Origin: Candidatus Nealsonbacteria bacterium
GTDB lineage: Bacteria; Patescibacteriota; Minisyncoccia; Minisyncoccales; JANBVM01
Length of the DNA: 64,000 nt
NCBI GenBank assembly: GCA_047456315.1
Contig: CP179889.1
Location: 192,776-256,775 of the forward strand
Direction of reading: 5' to 3'
The notes below the pieces were generated by a model. It did no database searches and was not told the DNA's origin. It was given only the letters and a program-made list of their open reading frames with translations. Within the stretch, counting starts at the first letter, position 1; each line of letters begins with the position of its first letter. Positions 51,478-62,032 of this stretch are shown here, piece by piece. A program made the position numbers and the translations under genes.

Positions 51478-52120
51478 ACTTTTAGACTTAATTAAAGAAA
51501 TATATCGGAAAAAAGGTATTCAAAGGATTTTAATGAATTGGCAGATTTTCGAGCACTGTAAAGATTTAAAGGGCGTTATGATTGATCTCGGGGCTGGCAG
51601 AAACCCAAGTTATTATAGATATTGGCGAATTAATCCCTCTCAGTTTATAAAGGTAGATATTGATAAGAAGACAAAACCAGATGTTGTAGCTGATTTAAAT
51701 AAAACTCTACCATTTGATAATAATTTTGCTGATGCGGCTTTTTTATTTAATACTCTTTATATTATTAAAAAACCAGAAGAACTCATAAAAGAAATTTTTA
51801 GAATTTTAAAAAATAATGGTAAATTTTTTATTTATTCTCCTTTTATTTTTAATGAATCAAAAGAGCCAAATGATTATTTTCGTTATACATCTCAAGGCAT
51901 AGAACATTTATTAAAAGTCGGAGGGTTTAAAGATTATCAAATCGTTTCTGTTGGGGAAAGATTTACATCAGCTTTTAACCTAATAGAGAAAATAATTATA
52001 TTTGATATCTTGAAAATCCCTCTGATATTATTAGCTCTTTTTCTAGATAAAATTTATCCTAAAAAATTAAAAAAACTCCATCCCTGCCCAATGGGATATT
52101 TCGTTAAGACAAAAAAATGA
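51446..52120 (+). CDS. Class I SAM-dependent methyltransferase
   Basis: Motif I VMIDLGAGRNP and post-I VVADLN. An alternative start is ATG 51470. Confidence 0.65.
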   Translation: MFLEKFSKMNKLLDLIKEIYRKKGIQRILMNWQIFEHCKDLKGVMIDLGAGRNPSYYRYWRINPSQFIKVDIDKKTKPDVVADLNKTLPFDNNFADAAFLFNTLYIIKKPEELIKEIFRILKNNGKFFIYSPFIFNESKEPNDYFRYTSQGIEHLLKVGGFKDYQIVSVGERFTSAFNLIEKIIIFDILKIPLILLALFLDKIYPKKLKKLHPCPMGYFVKTKK

Positions 52121-52713
52121 ACAAATATTCGTTTTTAAAATACGATCATAAGACTCGCTGGATAAGCTATTGGCATCAGATTAATGAGGTTTTAAGCTTA
52201 GCCCCTAAAAAAGTTTTGGAAGTTGGTATTGGTAATAAAACAGTTTTAAATTATTTAAAAAACCAGGGAGTTGAAGTGATAACCCTTGATATAGATGAAA
52301 AATTGAAGCCTGATATTGTTGGAAATGTATTGAAAATGCCTTTTCAAGACAATTCTTTTGACGTTATACTTTGTGCTGAGGTTCTGGAGCATTTACCTTT
52401 TAAGGAATTCGATAAAGCATTAGAGGAGCTGGAAAGGGTTAGCAAGCAATATGTAGTTTTGAGTCTGCCTCATTTTGGTCATACAATAAAGCTTGGTTTT
52501 AAAGTTCCTTTGATAAAAGAAAAGAGACTTGTAATGAAATTTTCATTTTTCCCAAAACATCAATTTAATGGGGAACACTATTGGGAAATAGGAAAGAAGG
52601 GCTATCCACTTTCTAAAATCAAGAAAATCATTGAACAATACTTTGTGGTTAAGAAAGAGTTTATTCCTTTTGATAATCAATATCATCACTTCTTTGTTTT
52701 AAAAAAATTATGA
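52117..52713 (+). CDS. Class I SAM-dependent methyltransferase
   Basis: VLEVGIGNK, DIDE, FDVILCAEVLEHL. Confidence 0.7.
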   Translation: MNKYSFLKYDHKTRWISYWHQINEVLSLAPKKVLEVGIGNKTVLNYLKNQGVEVITLDIDEKLKPDIVGNVLKMPFQDNSFDVILCAEVLEHLPFKEFDKALEELERVSKQYVVLSLPHFGHTIKLGFKVPLIKEKRLVMKFSFFPKHQFNGEHYWEIGKKGYPLSKIKKIIEQYFVVKKEFIPFDNQYHHFFVLKKL

Positions 52714-53831
52714 AACTAATTTATATTGCCAATGCCAGAATACCAACTGAAAAAGCCCATGGGATACAGATAATGAAAATGTGCGAAGCTTTCACCGAAA
52801 GAACCGATGAATTAGAATTATTAGTACCTAATAGAATGAACTGGATAAAACAAGATCCCTTTACTTATTATGAAGTCAAAAGGAGTTTTAAGATAAAAAA
52901 GTTTTTTTGTCTTGATTTGATTCCGTTTGATAGATATTTAGGACATTTAGCTCTTTGGATTGAATCAATCACTTTTTTTATTTCTATTCTCTTTTATGTT
53001 CTTTTTAAGAAAGCTGGCATTATTTATACAAGGAATAAGTTTTTACTGATTTCTGCTCTTTTTAAGAAAAATTTTGTTTTTGAAGCCCACGCTATTTTCC
53101 AAAATTATTTTTTATATTCCTTATTTTTAAAGCGAACGAAAAGAATAATTGTTACTTCTCAAAAGATAAAAGAATTCTTTATTGAAAATGGTGTTCCCTC
53201 GGGGAAAATTTTAGTTGCTCCTAATGGGGTGGATATGGAGCAATTTGATATAAAAGAAACTCAAGAAGAATGCCGAAGGAAACTGAGTTTATCATTAAAT
53301 AAGAAAATAGTCCTTTACACTGGGCATCTCTATTCGTGGAAAGGCGTAGATACATTAGCTCGGGCCTCGCGATATTTACCTGAGGAAGTAATGCTATATT
53401 TCGTGGGCGGTGCGGAAAAAGATATTAAAAATTTCAAACTTCAAACTTCAAACCTCAAACTTAATATAGTTGGTCATCGACCCCATTCTGAAATTCCTCT
53501 TTGGTTAAGGGCCGCAGACATCTTGATTTTACCTGATTTAGCTGTTAAAGATATTTTAAAATATGGCGCTTCTCCAATGAAAATGTTTGAATATATGGCA
53601 TCAAAAAGGCCGATTATAGCTTCGAATTTACCTTCGATAAGAGAAATTTTAAATAAAAATAATTCTCTTTTAGTTAAACCGAACGATCCAGAGAGATTGG
53701 TAAGGGATATTAAGAAAGTATTGGAAGATCCTAACTTTTCTGATAAAATTTCCAATCAAGCCTTTCAGGATGTGCAGAATTATACTTGGCAGAAAAGAGC
53801 AGGAAAAATTTTAAAATTCATAAAACAATAA
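52710..53831 (+). CDS. Glycosyltransferase family 4
   Basis: YTGHLYSWKGV...ILILPD...SPMKMFEYMASKRPIIASNLPSIREIL. Confidence 0.7.
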   Translation: MKLIYIANARIPTEKAHGIQIMKMCEAFTERTDELELLVPNRMNWIKQDPFTYYEVKRSFKIKKFFCLDLIPFDRYLGHLALWIESITFFISILFYVLFKKAGIIYTRNKFLLISALFKKNFVFEAHAIFQNYFLYSLFLKRTKRIIVTSQKIKEFFIENGVPSGKILVAPNGVDMEQFDIKETQEECRRKLSLSLNKKIVLYTGHLYSWKGVDTLARASRYLPEEVMLYFVGGAEKDIKNFKLQTSNLKLNIVGHRPHSEIPLWLRAADILILPDLAVKDILKYGASPMKMFEYMASKRPIIASNLPSIREILNKNNSLLVKPNDPERLVRDIKKVLEDPNFSDKISNQAFQDVQNYTWQKRAGKILKFIKQ

Positions 53832-53872
53832 TGCATAAGGTTGGCGAAAGTTCTTAAAGTAGAAATTTAATT

Positions 53873-54577
53873 TTGATCCAAAAATTTAATAAGATGCACT
53901 TAAACATAAATAATAAAAAAATAAAAATAGTAGAAGATAGGTGGGAGCTTATAGAAAAATATGTGAGAAACAAAACCGTATTAGATGTTGGTTGTGCAGA
54001 ATTAATAGCTACCACAAAAAATTCTACAAAAAAAGAAAGATGGCCTTTTGAAAAGATAAAGAAAATAGCGAAAGATATCGTAGGTTTAGATATAAATAAA
54101 AAACAAGTAGAGGTGCTTCAGAAATTGGGATACAATGTAGTTTTGGGTAATGCTGAGAAAGTTAATCTTCAACAAACCTTTGATGTAATTTTGGCTGGAG
54201 AGTTAATTGAACATTTATCTAATCCAGGACTTTTTCTTGAGAATATGAAACGACATCTTAATAAAGAGGGGGTATTAATAATTACTACTCCTAATAGGTT
54301 TAATTCTTTTGAATTTTTTAGAACTTTTATAGCTAATAAGATACCTAAGTATACGAAAGAAATTGCTAGCCATGTTTTTTATTTTGACATCAATTCCCTT
54401 CAAGCATTGACAGAAAGACACAATTTTCAAGTAATAGACTATTCGTATTATTGGACTTTTGGTAGACATTATGATTCTTTTAGGCGAAGGGTCATACTAA
54501 AAATTATTGTAAAATTAAGACCTCAGTTTGTGAGAGGGATTATAATGGTATTTAAGAAAGGTAAATATGGACTTTAA
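53873..54577 (+). CDS. Class I SAM-dependent methyltransferase
   Basis: VLDVGCAE, LDINK, FDVILAGELIEHL. The likely start is ATG 53894. Confidence 0.7.
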   Translation: MIQKFNKMHLNINNKKIKIVEDRWELIEKYVRNKTVLDVGCAELIATTKNSTKKERWPFEKIKKIAKDIVGLDINKKQVEVLQKLGYNVVLGNAEKVNLQQTFDVILAGELIEHLSNPGLFLENMKRHLNKEGVLIITTPNRFNSFEFFRTFIANKIPKYTKEIASHVFYFDINSLQALTERHNFQVIDYSYYWTFGRHYDSFRRRVILKIIVKLRPQFVRGIIMVFKKGKYGL

Positions 54578-55562
54578 AAAACACATCTATCTCCTGCTCT
54601 TTAGAGGACAGCTTTTAAGAGTAAAAACATTTTTTAGATATTTTTTAAAAAGGAAAAAGACAGAAGGACAAATTTTTTCTTTTAATATCTGGAAAGACAA
54701 TAAAAGCCATTTTAGCTTAAAAGAAATAAATGAGATGGCTTTCAAAACTTTTAATAAAAGACCGTTAAAAGTTGAGTTTTTTTCACAATCAAAATTTGGC
54801 CATTGTTCTTATAAAGTTTTTTACGATGATGAGAATCTTAGAGTATTAAAATGTCGAGAATGTTTTTCTGAGGATTATGCACAAAAAATCGAGGAATTAA
54901 CAAAGACTTTAAACAGTAATAATTTAAAAATTGCACCAGTTTTGGGTCGATATAAAAATTTTATTTTTGTAAAATGGATTGAGGGAGAAACTATAAAATT
55001 GTCAGATTTTTTATACCAAGATTCTCTTATTGAGAAAATAGCAAGATATCAGGCCTTAATTCATTCTTGTAGTTTCCCGAGCAGATTTTTAAAGAATAAA
55101 ACTAAGAGCGATTATTTAGATTTTTTAGCAAGAAGATTCAGCTTTTTTGCCTCTAAATATGTTAAAGAAGAAGAAATTCTAAGAATCGTAAAAACAATAA
55201 AGAAATTAACTCCCCCTCTAAAACCATCCATCACCTGTCCTGACTTGACAGGCAACAACTTAGTTTTAGAAAAAGGAGAACCTGTTTTAATAGATTACGA
55301 AACTCTTAATGTAGATTTGGGGTATGAGTATGATATAATTACTACCCAAAAAAATTTCTTTCAAGAAAACCAAAGATTACAAAATTACTATTTATCTCTA
55401 TACAAAAAATATCATTCTACGGGAACGCTTGAGTCAAACCCTGATTATTGGGAAATAGTATACGCTTTAAAATCGGCAGGGAGTTGTTTTCAAAGAAGAG
55501 ATTATCAGAGAGGAAGAGTCTTTGTGCATATTCTCCAAAAAAAATTAAAAATCACATCTTAA
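54567..55562 (+). CDS. Aminoglycoside/choline-kinase-like phosphotransferase-fold protein (tentative)
   Basis: ITCPDLTGNNLVLEKGEPVLIDYE resembles the APH/ChoK catalytic loop H-x-D-x4-N ... iD-x-E, but with Cys where the His is expected. Confidence 0.35.
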   Translation: MDFKKHIYLLLFRGQLLRVKTFFRYFLKRKKTEGQIFSFNIWKDNKSHFSLKEINEMAFKTFNKRPLKVEFFSQSKFGHCSYKVFYDDENLRVLKCRECFSEDYAQKIEELTKTLNSNNLKIAPVLGRYKNFIFVKWIEGETIKLSDFLYQDSLIEKIARYQALIHSCSFPSRFLKNKTKSDYLDFLARRFSFFASKYVKEEEILRIVKTIKKLTPPLKPSITCPDLTGNNLVLEKGEPVLIDYETLNVDLGYEYDIITTQKNFFQENQRLQNYYLSLYKKYHSTGTLESNPDYWEIVYALKSAGSCFQRRDYQRGRVFVHILQKKLKITS

Positions 55563-55602
55563 TTAGGGCATGTTTTTAGCTAATTTTGTCGGAGGTTAAG
55601 AT

Positions 55603-56859
55603 TTAAAATTTTCTAAATAAGAACAAGATTAGGGCTAGATAAAAAAATGTAGCGCCTATCTGTCCCATAATCACTCCCAATATTCCATAAATAGGAGTTA
55701 AAAAAAGTAAAAGAATTATTCGGACAATAGGTACAATTCTAATAAGATAAAGCTCTTTTTTCATCATTTGAGCTTGGAAAATAGTACTGAGTAGGGTTAT
55801 TGGGACAGTTACAAAAGAAAGAGTAAATAACTGAGAATAAGAGATAGAATCTAGATACTGAGGAAAAAATATCTTATAGAGAAAAGGAGCGATTATAACA
55901 TAAATTATAGCTACTATTCCTGTTAAAAAGAAAAGTTTCCAAAATTTTTGCATTATATTTAATTTAATTTCTTTCAGGGGCTTTATTGAAAGTTTTGGAA
56001 AAGCAAGTGTGCCGACATTTTGTTTCATCAAGCCTTTAATTTGATTAGGAATAAGAATAGCAAAAGAATAAACAGCTAACTGCGTTGACCCCACAAGAGT
56101 AAAGAGTAATATTCTATCTAAATAATTAGCAATAGTCGAAATTATGCTCATTAAACTCAAGTGTTTCCCATAAGAGAGGGTTTGAGAATCCTCTTTTTTA
56201 TTTGGTTTAAATTTTGATTCTATGATTATATAGAAGGAATAATTTAAAAGAGTATGGGAAACTAAATAGACGGTGATTAACCAAAAAAGATTTTTTGTAA
56301 TGAAAAGTGTAATGATTATAGCTCCGGTTGAGACAATTCGGCTGAAGACACTATACTTTGCCTGGATATTAAATAATTTTTTTCCAACTAAAAAACTAGC
56401 ATAGATTTGAGAAGCTAACATTAAGGGTGAAAATATAGCTGAGATTAAAAGAGGAATAGGTAAAAAATAGTTTCCTTGAAGAAAGTAATAAACAGCCAAA
56501 CCAATTGCTACTATACTTGCCAATACTCCAAACCTTAATTTTTCTCTAAAAACAGAATAGAAACTTCCTTCAAATCCTCGAGCAACAGCTTGAATAATTG
56601 CAGCTCCCATGCCGGAAAGAGTAAAAATACTTAACATTCCTATTAAAGAAAGAATGTATCTATAATTTCCATAAGTCACAGGATCTAATAAATTAGCAAA
56701 AGCTATTGCTAATAAAAAAGAGGCAGCTGTTGAAATTATCTGCCCCAGAGTCAACCAAAAACCGCCTTTAGCTAAATAAACCATATCAGTCTGAGTGTAT
56801 TTTTCACTCTTTTTCAGCAAGGAATAAATCAAATTCTTTGTTTTTTCAAAGGTCTTCAT
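55603..56859 (-). CDS. Polysaccharide/oligosaccharide flippase (MOP/Wzx family)
   Basis: 418 aa with ~12 TM helices and the N-terminal pattern typical of Wzx proteins. It is adjacent to the priming sugar transferase. Confidence 0.65.
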   Translation of the reverse strand: MKTFEKTKNLIYSLLKKSEKYTQTDMVYLAKGGFWLTLGQIISTAASFLLAIAFANLLDPVTYGNYRYILSLIGMLSIFTLSGMGAAIIQAVARGFEGSFYSVFREKLRFGVLASIVAIGLAVYYFLQGNYFLPIPLLISAIFSPLMLASQIYASFLVGKKLFNIQAKYSVFSRIVSTGAIIITLFITKNLFWLITVYLVSHTLLNYSFYIIIESKFKPNKKEDSQTLSYGKHLSLMSIISTIANYLDRILLFTLVGSTQLAVYSFAILIPNQIKGLMKQNVGTLAFPKLSIKPLKEIKLNIMQKFWKLFFLTGIVAIIYVIIAPFLYKIFFPQYLDSISYSQLFTLSFVTVPITLLSTIFQAQMMKKELYLIRIVPIVRIILLLFLTPIYGILGVIMGQIGATFFYLALILFLFRKF

Positions 56860-58160
56860 TCTTTTTTAAAAAATAATTGAAAAGTTCTAAGCAAAATTCC
56901 TATGTCAAGCAAAAAGTTCCGATTTTTTAAATAATACAAGTCATACTGAAATTTTTTATGGCTGTCCATAAGAGATCTTCCGTATCTGAATTTTATCTGA
57001 GCCCAACCTGTAAACCCAGGTTTTACTAGATGCCTTAAGTGGTAATGAGGAATTTCTTTTTCTAATTTTACAACAAATTCCAGTCTTTCTGGTCTTGGTC
57101 CGACCAAAGAAATATCTCCTTTTATTACATTTATCATTTGAGGCATTTCATCTAAATGACTTTGTCTTAAGAATCTTCCAACCTTGGTTATTCTTTTATC
57201 TTGTTTTTCTGCCCAAACAGCCTTTTCTTTTTCTGCCCCCACTTTCATTGACCTGAATTTATATAAAATAAAAGATTTTCTGTCTTTTCCAATTCTTTTT
57301 TGAGAATAAAATACATAACCTTTATCCTCTAATTTAATAGCTATAGCAATAAAAGGCCAAAAGGGGAGAGTTAGAATGAATAAAAAGCTAGCTATAATTA
57401 TGTCAAAAAACCTTTTTGCCTCATCATAAAACCCCTTTTCTCTTTCTTTTAGATTTTCTAAAAACCAAGATCTAGAAACTATTGAAACCGGAATCTTTTC
57501 ATAAATCAATTCATAAGCCCTGGTAAATTCTAAAAAATTTACTCTAGCTGGCAAGCAAAAATAAAGAGCTTTAAGTATTTTAGGATTTGATTCAAATTCT
57601 TCTGTAAAAATAACTGTATCAATGTTTTTTTCCTGAATCTGAGAGAAAAGATCTTTATTTATATCTATTGGAATTATTTTATAACCAAGATAAGGCCTTT
57701 CATCTATTTCTTTTTTTAATATTTCAACCTCAGAGCCTTCTCCCACTATTGCAGTTCTGTTTAAAAAATGTACTGAAAACAGAAAATAAAATAATCTGCG
57801 CCAAGCTAAAAACAAGATTCCAAAAATTAAAATATTTATTACTAGGTTAGTTTTTGGAGTAATTTCAAAAAAAGGAACTGTATAAAAGAAAAGCATTCCT
57901 AGAACTAAACTTACAGCAAGGGCTCCAAAAGTGTTGCTATAAAAAGAGGTTTTAGTTTTAATCAAATGAAGATCGTAAAGACCAAAAATGTAGAAAATAA
58001 TGAACCAAAAAACATAAATAATGGAAAAAGGCAAAAGATGTAAAGAAAATATCTGAAAACTAAATTCACCAAAAAACCCTAATAATAAGGTTAGAAAAAG
58101 TGAGAGATAGATTAAAAAAATATCCCCAAAAAAAACAAGGATTTTCCTCATATTTAACAT
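56856..58160 (-). CDS. Polyprenyl-phosphate hexose-1-phosphate transferase (bacterial sugar transferase, WbaP-like)
   Basis: N-terminal TM helices plus the C-terminal RFFDIIIASF...YSQKRIGK..F.LYKFRSM...LDEMPQMINVIKGDISLVGPRPE. Confidence 0.8.
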   Translation of the reverse strand: MLNMRKILVFFGDIFLIYLSLFLTLLLGFFGEFSFQIFSLHLLPFSIIYVFWFIIFYIFGLYDLHLIKTKTSFYSNTFGALAVSLVLGMLFFYTVPFFEITPKTNLVINILIFGILFLAWRRLFYFLFSVHFLNRTAIVGEGSEVEILKKEIDERPYLGYKIIPIDINKDLFSQIQEKNIDTVIFTEEFESNPKILKALYFCLPARVNFLEFTRAYELIYEKIPVSIVSRSWFLENLKEREKGFYDEAKRFFDIIIASFLFILTLPFWPFIAIAIKLEDKGYVFYSQKRIGKDRKSFILYKFRSMKVGAEKEKAVWAEKQDKRITKVGRFLRQSHLDEMPQMINVIKGDISLVGPRPERLEFVVKLEKEIPHYHLRHLVKPGFTGWAQIKFRYGRSLMDSHKKFQYDLYYLKNRNFLLDIGILLRTFQLFFKKE

Positions 58161-58223
58161 AGATACATTTTAGTAAAAAGCGTTAAAATTTGCAATATCT
58201 TGCATATTGGCTAAAATAATTGA

Positions 58224-60224
58224 ATGACCCAAGTATTGAAAAAAACTTGTCTTTTCATAATCAAAACAGGAGCATATTTAGCCTTGTTTGCTCCAGTAAT
58301 TGTTTACCGCTATTCTTTTTTTCCTTTTGTTACTCCAAAGACTATTTATTTCAGAATTTTAGTGGAAATTATGCTGGCTGCTTATCTGATTCTGATGTTA
58401 TTGTTTCCCCGCTATCGACCAAAACCTAATATCATACTTACTTCTATCCTGATCTTCATTCTTGTATTGATACTAACATCTGTTTTAGGCATTAATTTTG
58501 AAAGGAGTTTTTGGAGTACTTACGAAAGAATGACAGGAATTTTTACTTTTCTTCATCTCTTAGCTTTTTTTGTCATTCTAACAAGCACTTTCAAAGAAAG
58601 AAAAGATTGGGAAAAGATTCTTGCTGTGTCAGTGTTAGTAGGAGTTATTCTTTGTATTGGTGTTTTAACGAACAGTGAACTTTCTACCAGGGGAGGAGGA
58701 ACAATTGGCAATACTTCTTTTATGGCAGCTTATCTGCTTTTTAACGTTTTTTTTGCCTTAGTTTTGTTTTTAACAAAAAAAAGCTCGTTTTTACGAGTTT
58801 TTTCTGGAATATCTTTACTTTTCCTGGTTCCAACCTTATTAATATCTACTGCCAGAGGAGCAATTATTTCTTTTTGGTCTGGACTGTTTTTAATATTATT
58901 GGGCTATTTAATATTTTCTAAGAAAAAAAAGCTTCAAAAAGCAGGAGTTTTTTTAATTTTTTGTTTAGTAATTTTAGGGATTGCTGCACTAATTGTTCAA
59001 CCCTCTTTTCTTAAGAATAAGGTTGAAAGCATCTTAAAAGACATGAAACCAAGATTTGTTGTTTGGGAGACAGCTTGGAAAGGATTTTTAGAAAGACCGC
59101 TGTTTGGATGGGGTCCAGAAAACTTTAATGTAGTTTTTACTAAATTCTTTAATCCTTGCATGTTTCTGTCAGAGTGTGGAGGAGAGATTTGGTTTGACAG
59201 AGTTCATAATATTGTTTTAGATACCCTGGTCAATAGTGGAATAATTGGGCTTTTAAGTCATTTATTGATTTTCGCAGTTTCCATTTTTACACTTTTAAAA
59301 ATTTGTTTTAAAAGAGAAGAAAACATGGTTCCTTATTTAATAATGGCAGCTTTATTAGTTGTTTACTTTGCCCAGAATCTGCTTGTTTTTGATATGATCT
59401 CAAGCTATACAGTATTTTTTTTAAGTTTAGGATTTGTTAGTTTTTTAAGAGATGAAGAAGAATATTCCTTTCCAGATTCAGTTGAAGAACCGTCTAGTTT
59501 TATTAGCGAGGGATTGGGACGAAATATTATTTTTGTCCTTATTATATCACTAACTATCCCGCTCCTTTATTTTGGCAACATCAAGCCATTTTCAAGCGCC
59601 ATAAATACTGTTGAAATAGTTATTGCTTCTGACAACTTAGATGAAACAACAAAGATTTACAAAAAATCATTAAATACTCTAATGGAAAAATATGAAATTA
59701 GAGAACAGTTTGCCCTGAAACTTTACCAGTCTGCTTTTAATCCCCAAAACAATAAGGAGACTGTAAGGATAGCTTTTCAGATTGCTGAAGAACAAATGGA
59801 GGAAAGCATTAAAAACAACCCTTTAGATTTCCGCCCTCATCTTTTTTTTGGCAGACTTTATTTCACTGATTATCGTTTCAGCCTTGACAAAGAAAAATTG
59901 GATTCAGCAGAACAGATTTTTGAAAAAGCAATAGAATTAAGCCCCACTAATCAGCAGGGTTACTGGCATTTAGCTGAAGTGAAGCTGGCAAAAGGTGAAA
60001 ACCAAGCAACTTTTGATTTATTTAAGAAGGCCATTGAATTAGAGCCAAGAATAGATGATTCTCATTGGTATTTAGCCATGGTTTATTACATCACAGGCCA
60101 ATACGAACAGGCTTTTGAAAAAGTTAAAGACGCAGAAGCAGCTGGTTATGATTGGAGAAAAAATACAGAAGATGTTAAAAAGGTAATTGAAATCTACAAA
60201 GCTTTAGGAATTGAATTAGATTAG
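58224..60224 (+). CDS. O-antigen ligase/polymerase-like (Wzy_C) membrane protein with C-terminal TPR repeats
   Basis: About 10 or more TM helices, a periplasmic-loop motif RVHNIVLDTLVNSGIIGLL, and C-terminal TPR-like repeats (AEQIFEKAIELSPTNQQGYWHLAEV..., FKKAIELEPRIDDSHWYLAMVYY). Confidence 0.7.
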   Translation: MTQVLKKTCLFIIKTGAYLALFAPVIVYRYSFFPFVTPKTIYFRILVEIMLAAYLILMLLFPRYRPKPNIILTSILIFILVLILTSVLGINFERSFWSTYERMTGIFTFLHLLAFFVILTSTFKERKDWEKILAVSVLVGVILCIGVLTNSELSTRGGGTIGNTSFMAAYLLFNVFFALVLFLTKKSSFLRVFSGISLLFLVPTLLISTARGAIISFWSGLFLILLGYLIFSKKKKLQKAGVFLIFCLVILGIAALIVQPSFLKNKVESILKDMKPRFVVWETAWKGFLERPLFGWGPENFNVVFTKFFNPCMFLSECGGEIWFDRVHNIVLDTLVNSGIIGLLSHLLIFAVSIFTLLKICFKREENMVPYLIMAALLVVYFAQNLLVFDMISSYTVFFLSLGFVSFLRDEEEYSFPDSVEEPSSFISEGLGRNIIFVLIISLTIPLLYFGNIKPFSSAINTVEIVIASDNLDETTKIYKKSLNTLMEKYEIREQFALKLYQSAFNPQNNKETVRIAFQIAEEQMEESIKNNPLDFRPHLFFGRLYFTDYRFSLDKEKLDSAEQIFEKAIELSPTNQQGYWHLAEVKLAKGENQATFDLFKKAIELEPRIDDSHWYLAMVYYITGQYEQAFEKVKDAEAAGYDWRKNTEDVKKVIEIYKALGIELD

Positions 60225-60249
60225 TTTCTGTGAAAGAGCCAATAAATAC

Positions 60250-61947
60250 ATGAAAAATTTATCTTTTATTTTAATCATTTCAATCATTGTTTTTTTACCT
60301 GTTTTTGTTAAAGCTGAACAAATTCTAGGGGATTCAGTCAGTTTTTACATTGAATCTTCTTATGATTCTTTAGAAAGAGAACAAATCCAGGCTACTTTAA
60401 GAGAAATTGCTCAAACAGCATATTGGTATGTGGATAATGATTGGTGGGATGGATTAGGAGAAAAGGAACAACTTGAAATGAATAATGCAATAACTGCTTT
60501 GTCTCAAGAATTTACAACTAATATCTATCCTGTTTTAACTCAGAATTTTGGTTCTGAATGGAAACCAGGAATTGATAATGATTCAAGGATTACTATTTTA
60601 ATACATCCCATGAAAGAACAATCAGGAGGTTATTTCAATAGTGCTGATGAATTTCTAAAATCCCAGATATCCACTTCAAATGAAAAGGAGATGATTTATT
60701 TTAATGCCTTGTATTTAAATAATAATTTAGCAAAAAGCTTTATAGCTCATGAGTTTCAGCACCTTATTTCTTTTAATCAGAAAGAAAAAACTTATGGTGT
60801 TTCTGAAGAAATCTGGTTGAACGAAGCACGCTCAGAATATGCTCCAACATTGCTGGGTTATAATGAAAGCTTTGAGGGAAGTAATCTTCAAAGAAGGATA
60901 CAGAATTTTTTAAATAAACCCTACGATTCTTTGACTGAGTGGAAGAACCTTCCTTATGATTATGGAGTGGCAAACTTGTTCATACATTATTTAACTGATC
61001 ATTATGGTGTGAAAATTTTAATAGATTCTTTAAAGAGCTCTGAAACAGGCATTAACAGCTTGAATTCTGCTTTATTTAGAACTGGATTTAAAGAAAACTT
61101 CAGTCAGATTTTCACTGATTGGACAATTGCTGTTTTAGTTAATGATTGTTCTTTATCTGCCAAGTATTGTTATTTAAATGATAACTTGAAGAACCTAAAG
61201 CTTAATCCTCTAATTAACTACCTTCCTTCTATTGGTAAAAGTGTTTTATCAGTTTCTAATATAACCAATGACTGGGCAGGTAACTGGCATAAATTTATTG
61301 GTGGCAATCACGGAGATTTAAAAGTGGAATTTATAACTTCTCCTTTGACTAAGTTCAAGGTTCCTTACTTAGTTCAAAATGATCAAGGTGATTTATCAAT
61401 TACTTTTTTGGAACTAGATTATAAAGGAGAAGCAATTATTTATGTTTCTGGCTTTGGTTCTAAAAATGTTTCTTTAACAATTATTCCTTCTGCTCAAAAC
61501 AAGACATCAAACTTTTCAGAATCAGAAACACCTCTTTCTTTTTTCTGGTCTGCCTCAACCATTGAAGAAGAGGATCAGCAGAATCAAGAGCAGGAACTAA
61601 TAAACAAGCTTTTAGCGCAGATAGAGGATTTGCAAAAACAGATAGCCGGATTACAAGCCCAGTTAGATGCTGCTTTAGGGACAGGTATAACTTGCAAGAA
61701 ATTTGATCAAAATCTTTATTATGGAATGATGAATAATAATCAAGTTGAATGTTTACAGGAATTTTTAAAATCTCAAGAAGCAGATATTTATCCTGAGGGA
61801 CTTGTAACCGGTAATTTTCTTTCTTTGACAAAACAAGCAGTTATTCGTTTTCAGGAAAGATATGCCACTGAAATCTTAATTCCTATTGGTCTTGAAAAAG
61901 GCACTGGTTTTGTTGGGCCAATGACAAGAGCTAAAATTAACCAATAG
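60250..61947 (+). CDS. Secreted HExxH (zinc-metalloprotease-like) protein with C-terminal coiled coil + PG-binding domain
   Basis: Signal peptide, FIAHEFQHLISF (HExxH), and a C-terminal LLAQIEDLQKQIAGLQAQLDAALG + C + ...VECLQEFLK...AVIRFQERY. This is the same module as the N-terminus of the giant protein. Confidence 0.55.
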   Translation: MKNLSFILIISIIVFLPVFVKAEQILGDSVSFYIESSYDSLEREQIQATLREIAQTAYWYVDNDWWDGLGEKEQLEMNNAITALSQEFTTNIYPVLTQNFGSEWKPGIDNDSRITILIHPMKEQSGGYFNSADEFLKSQISTSNEKEMIYFNALYLNNNLAKSFIAHEFQHLISFNQKEKTYGVSEEIWLNEARSEYAPTLLGYNESFEGSNLQRRIQNFLNKPYDSLTEWKNLPYDYGVANLFIHYLTDHYGVKILIDSLKSSETGINSLNSALFRTGFKENFSQIFTDWTIAVLVNDCSLSAKYCYLNDNLKNLKLNPLINYLPSIGKSVLSVSNITNDWAGNWHKFIGGNHGDLKVEFITSPLTKFKVPYLVQNDQGDLSITFLELDYKGEAIIYVSGFGSKNVSLTIIPSAQNKTSNFSESETPLSFFWSASTIEEEDQQNQEQELINKLLAQIEDLQKQIAGLQAQLDAALGTGITCKKFDQNLYYGMMNNNQVECLQEFLKSQEADIYPEGLVTGNFLSLTKQAVIRFQERYATEILIPIGLEKGTGFVGPMTRAKINQ

Positions 61948-61950
61948 GAG

Positions 61951-61979
61951 TTGACAAAACATTTTAATTTTGCTATTAT
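61951..61979 (+). promoter_or_regulatory. Near-consensus sigma-70 promoter
   Basis: TTGACA (61951-56), 17 nt, TATTAT (61974-79). Confidence 0.6.
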
Positions 61980-62032
61980 TGAAATCAGTGAGTGCGGTTC
62001 TATTTTTAGAACTCCATTCTCAGTCGGCAAAA

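Noticed and set aside
58220-58429. 69-aa ORF overlapping the start of the O-antigen-ligase-like gene in another frame.
   Set aside because: It is entirely contained within the 5' end of the 666-aa membrane-protein gene, and the longer ORF has clear family features.
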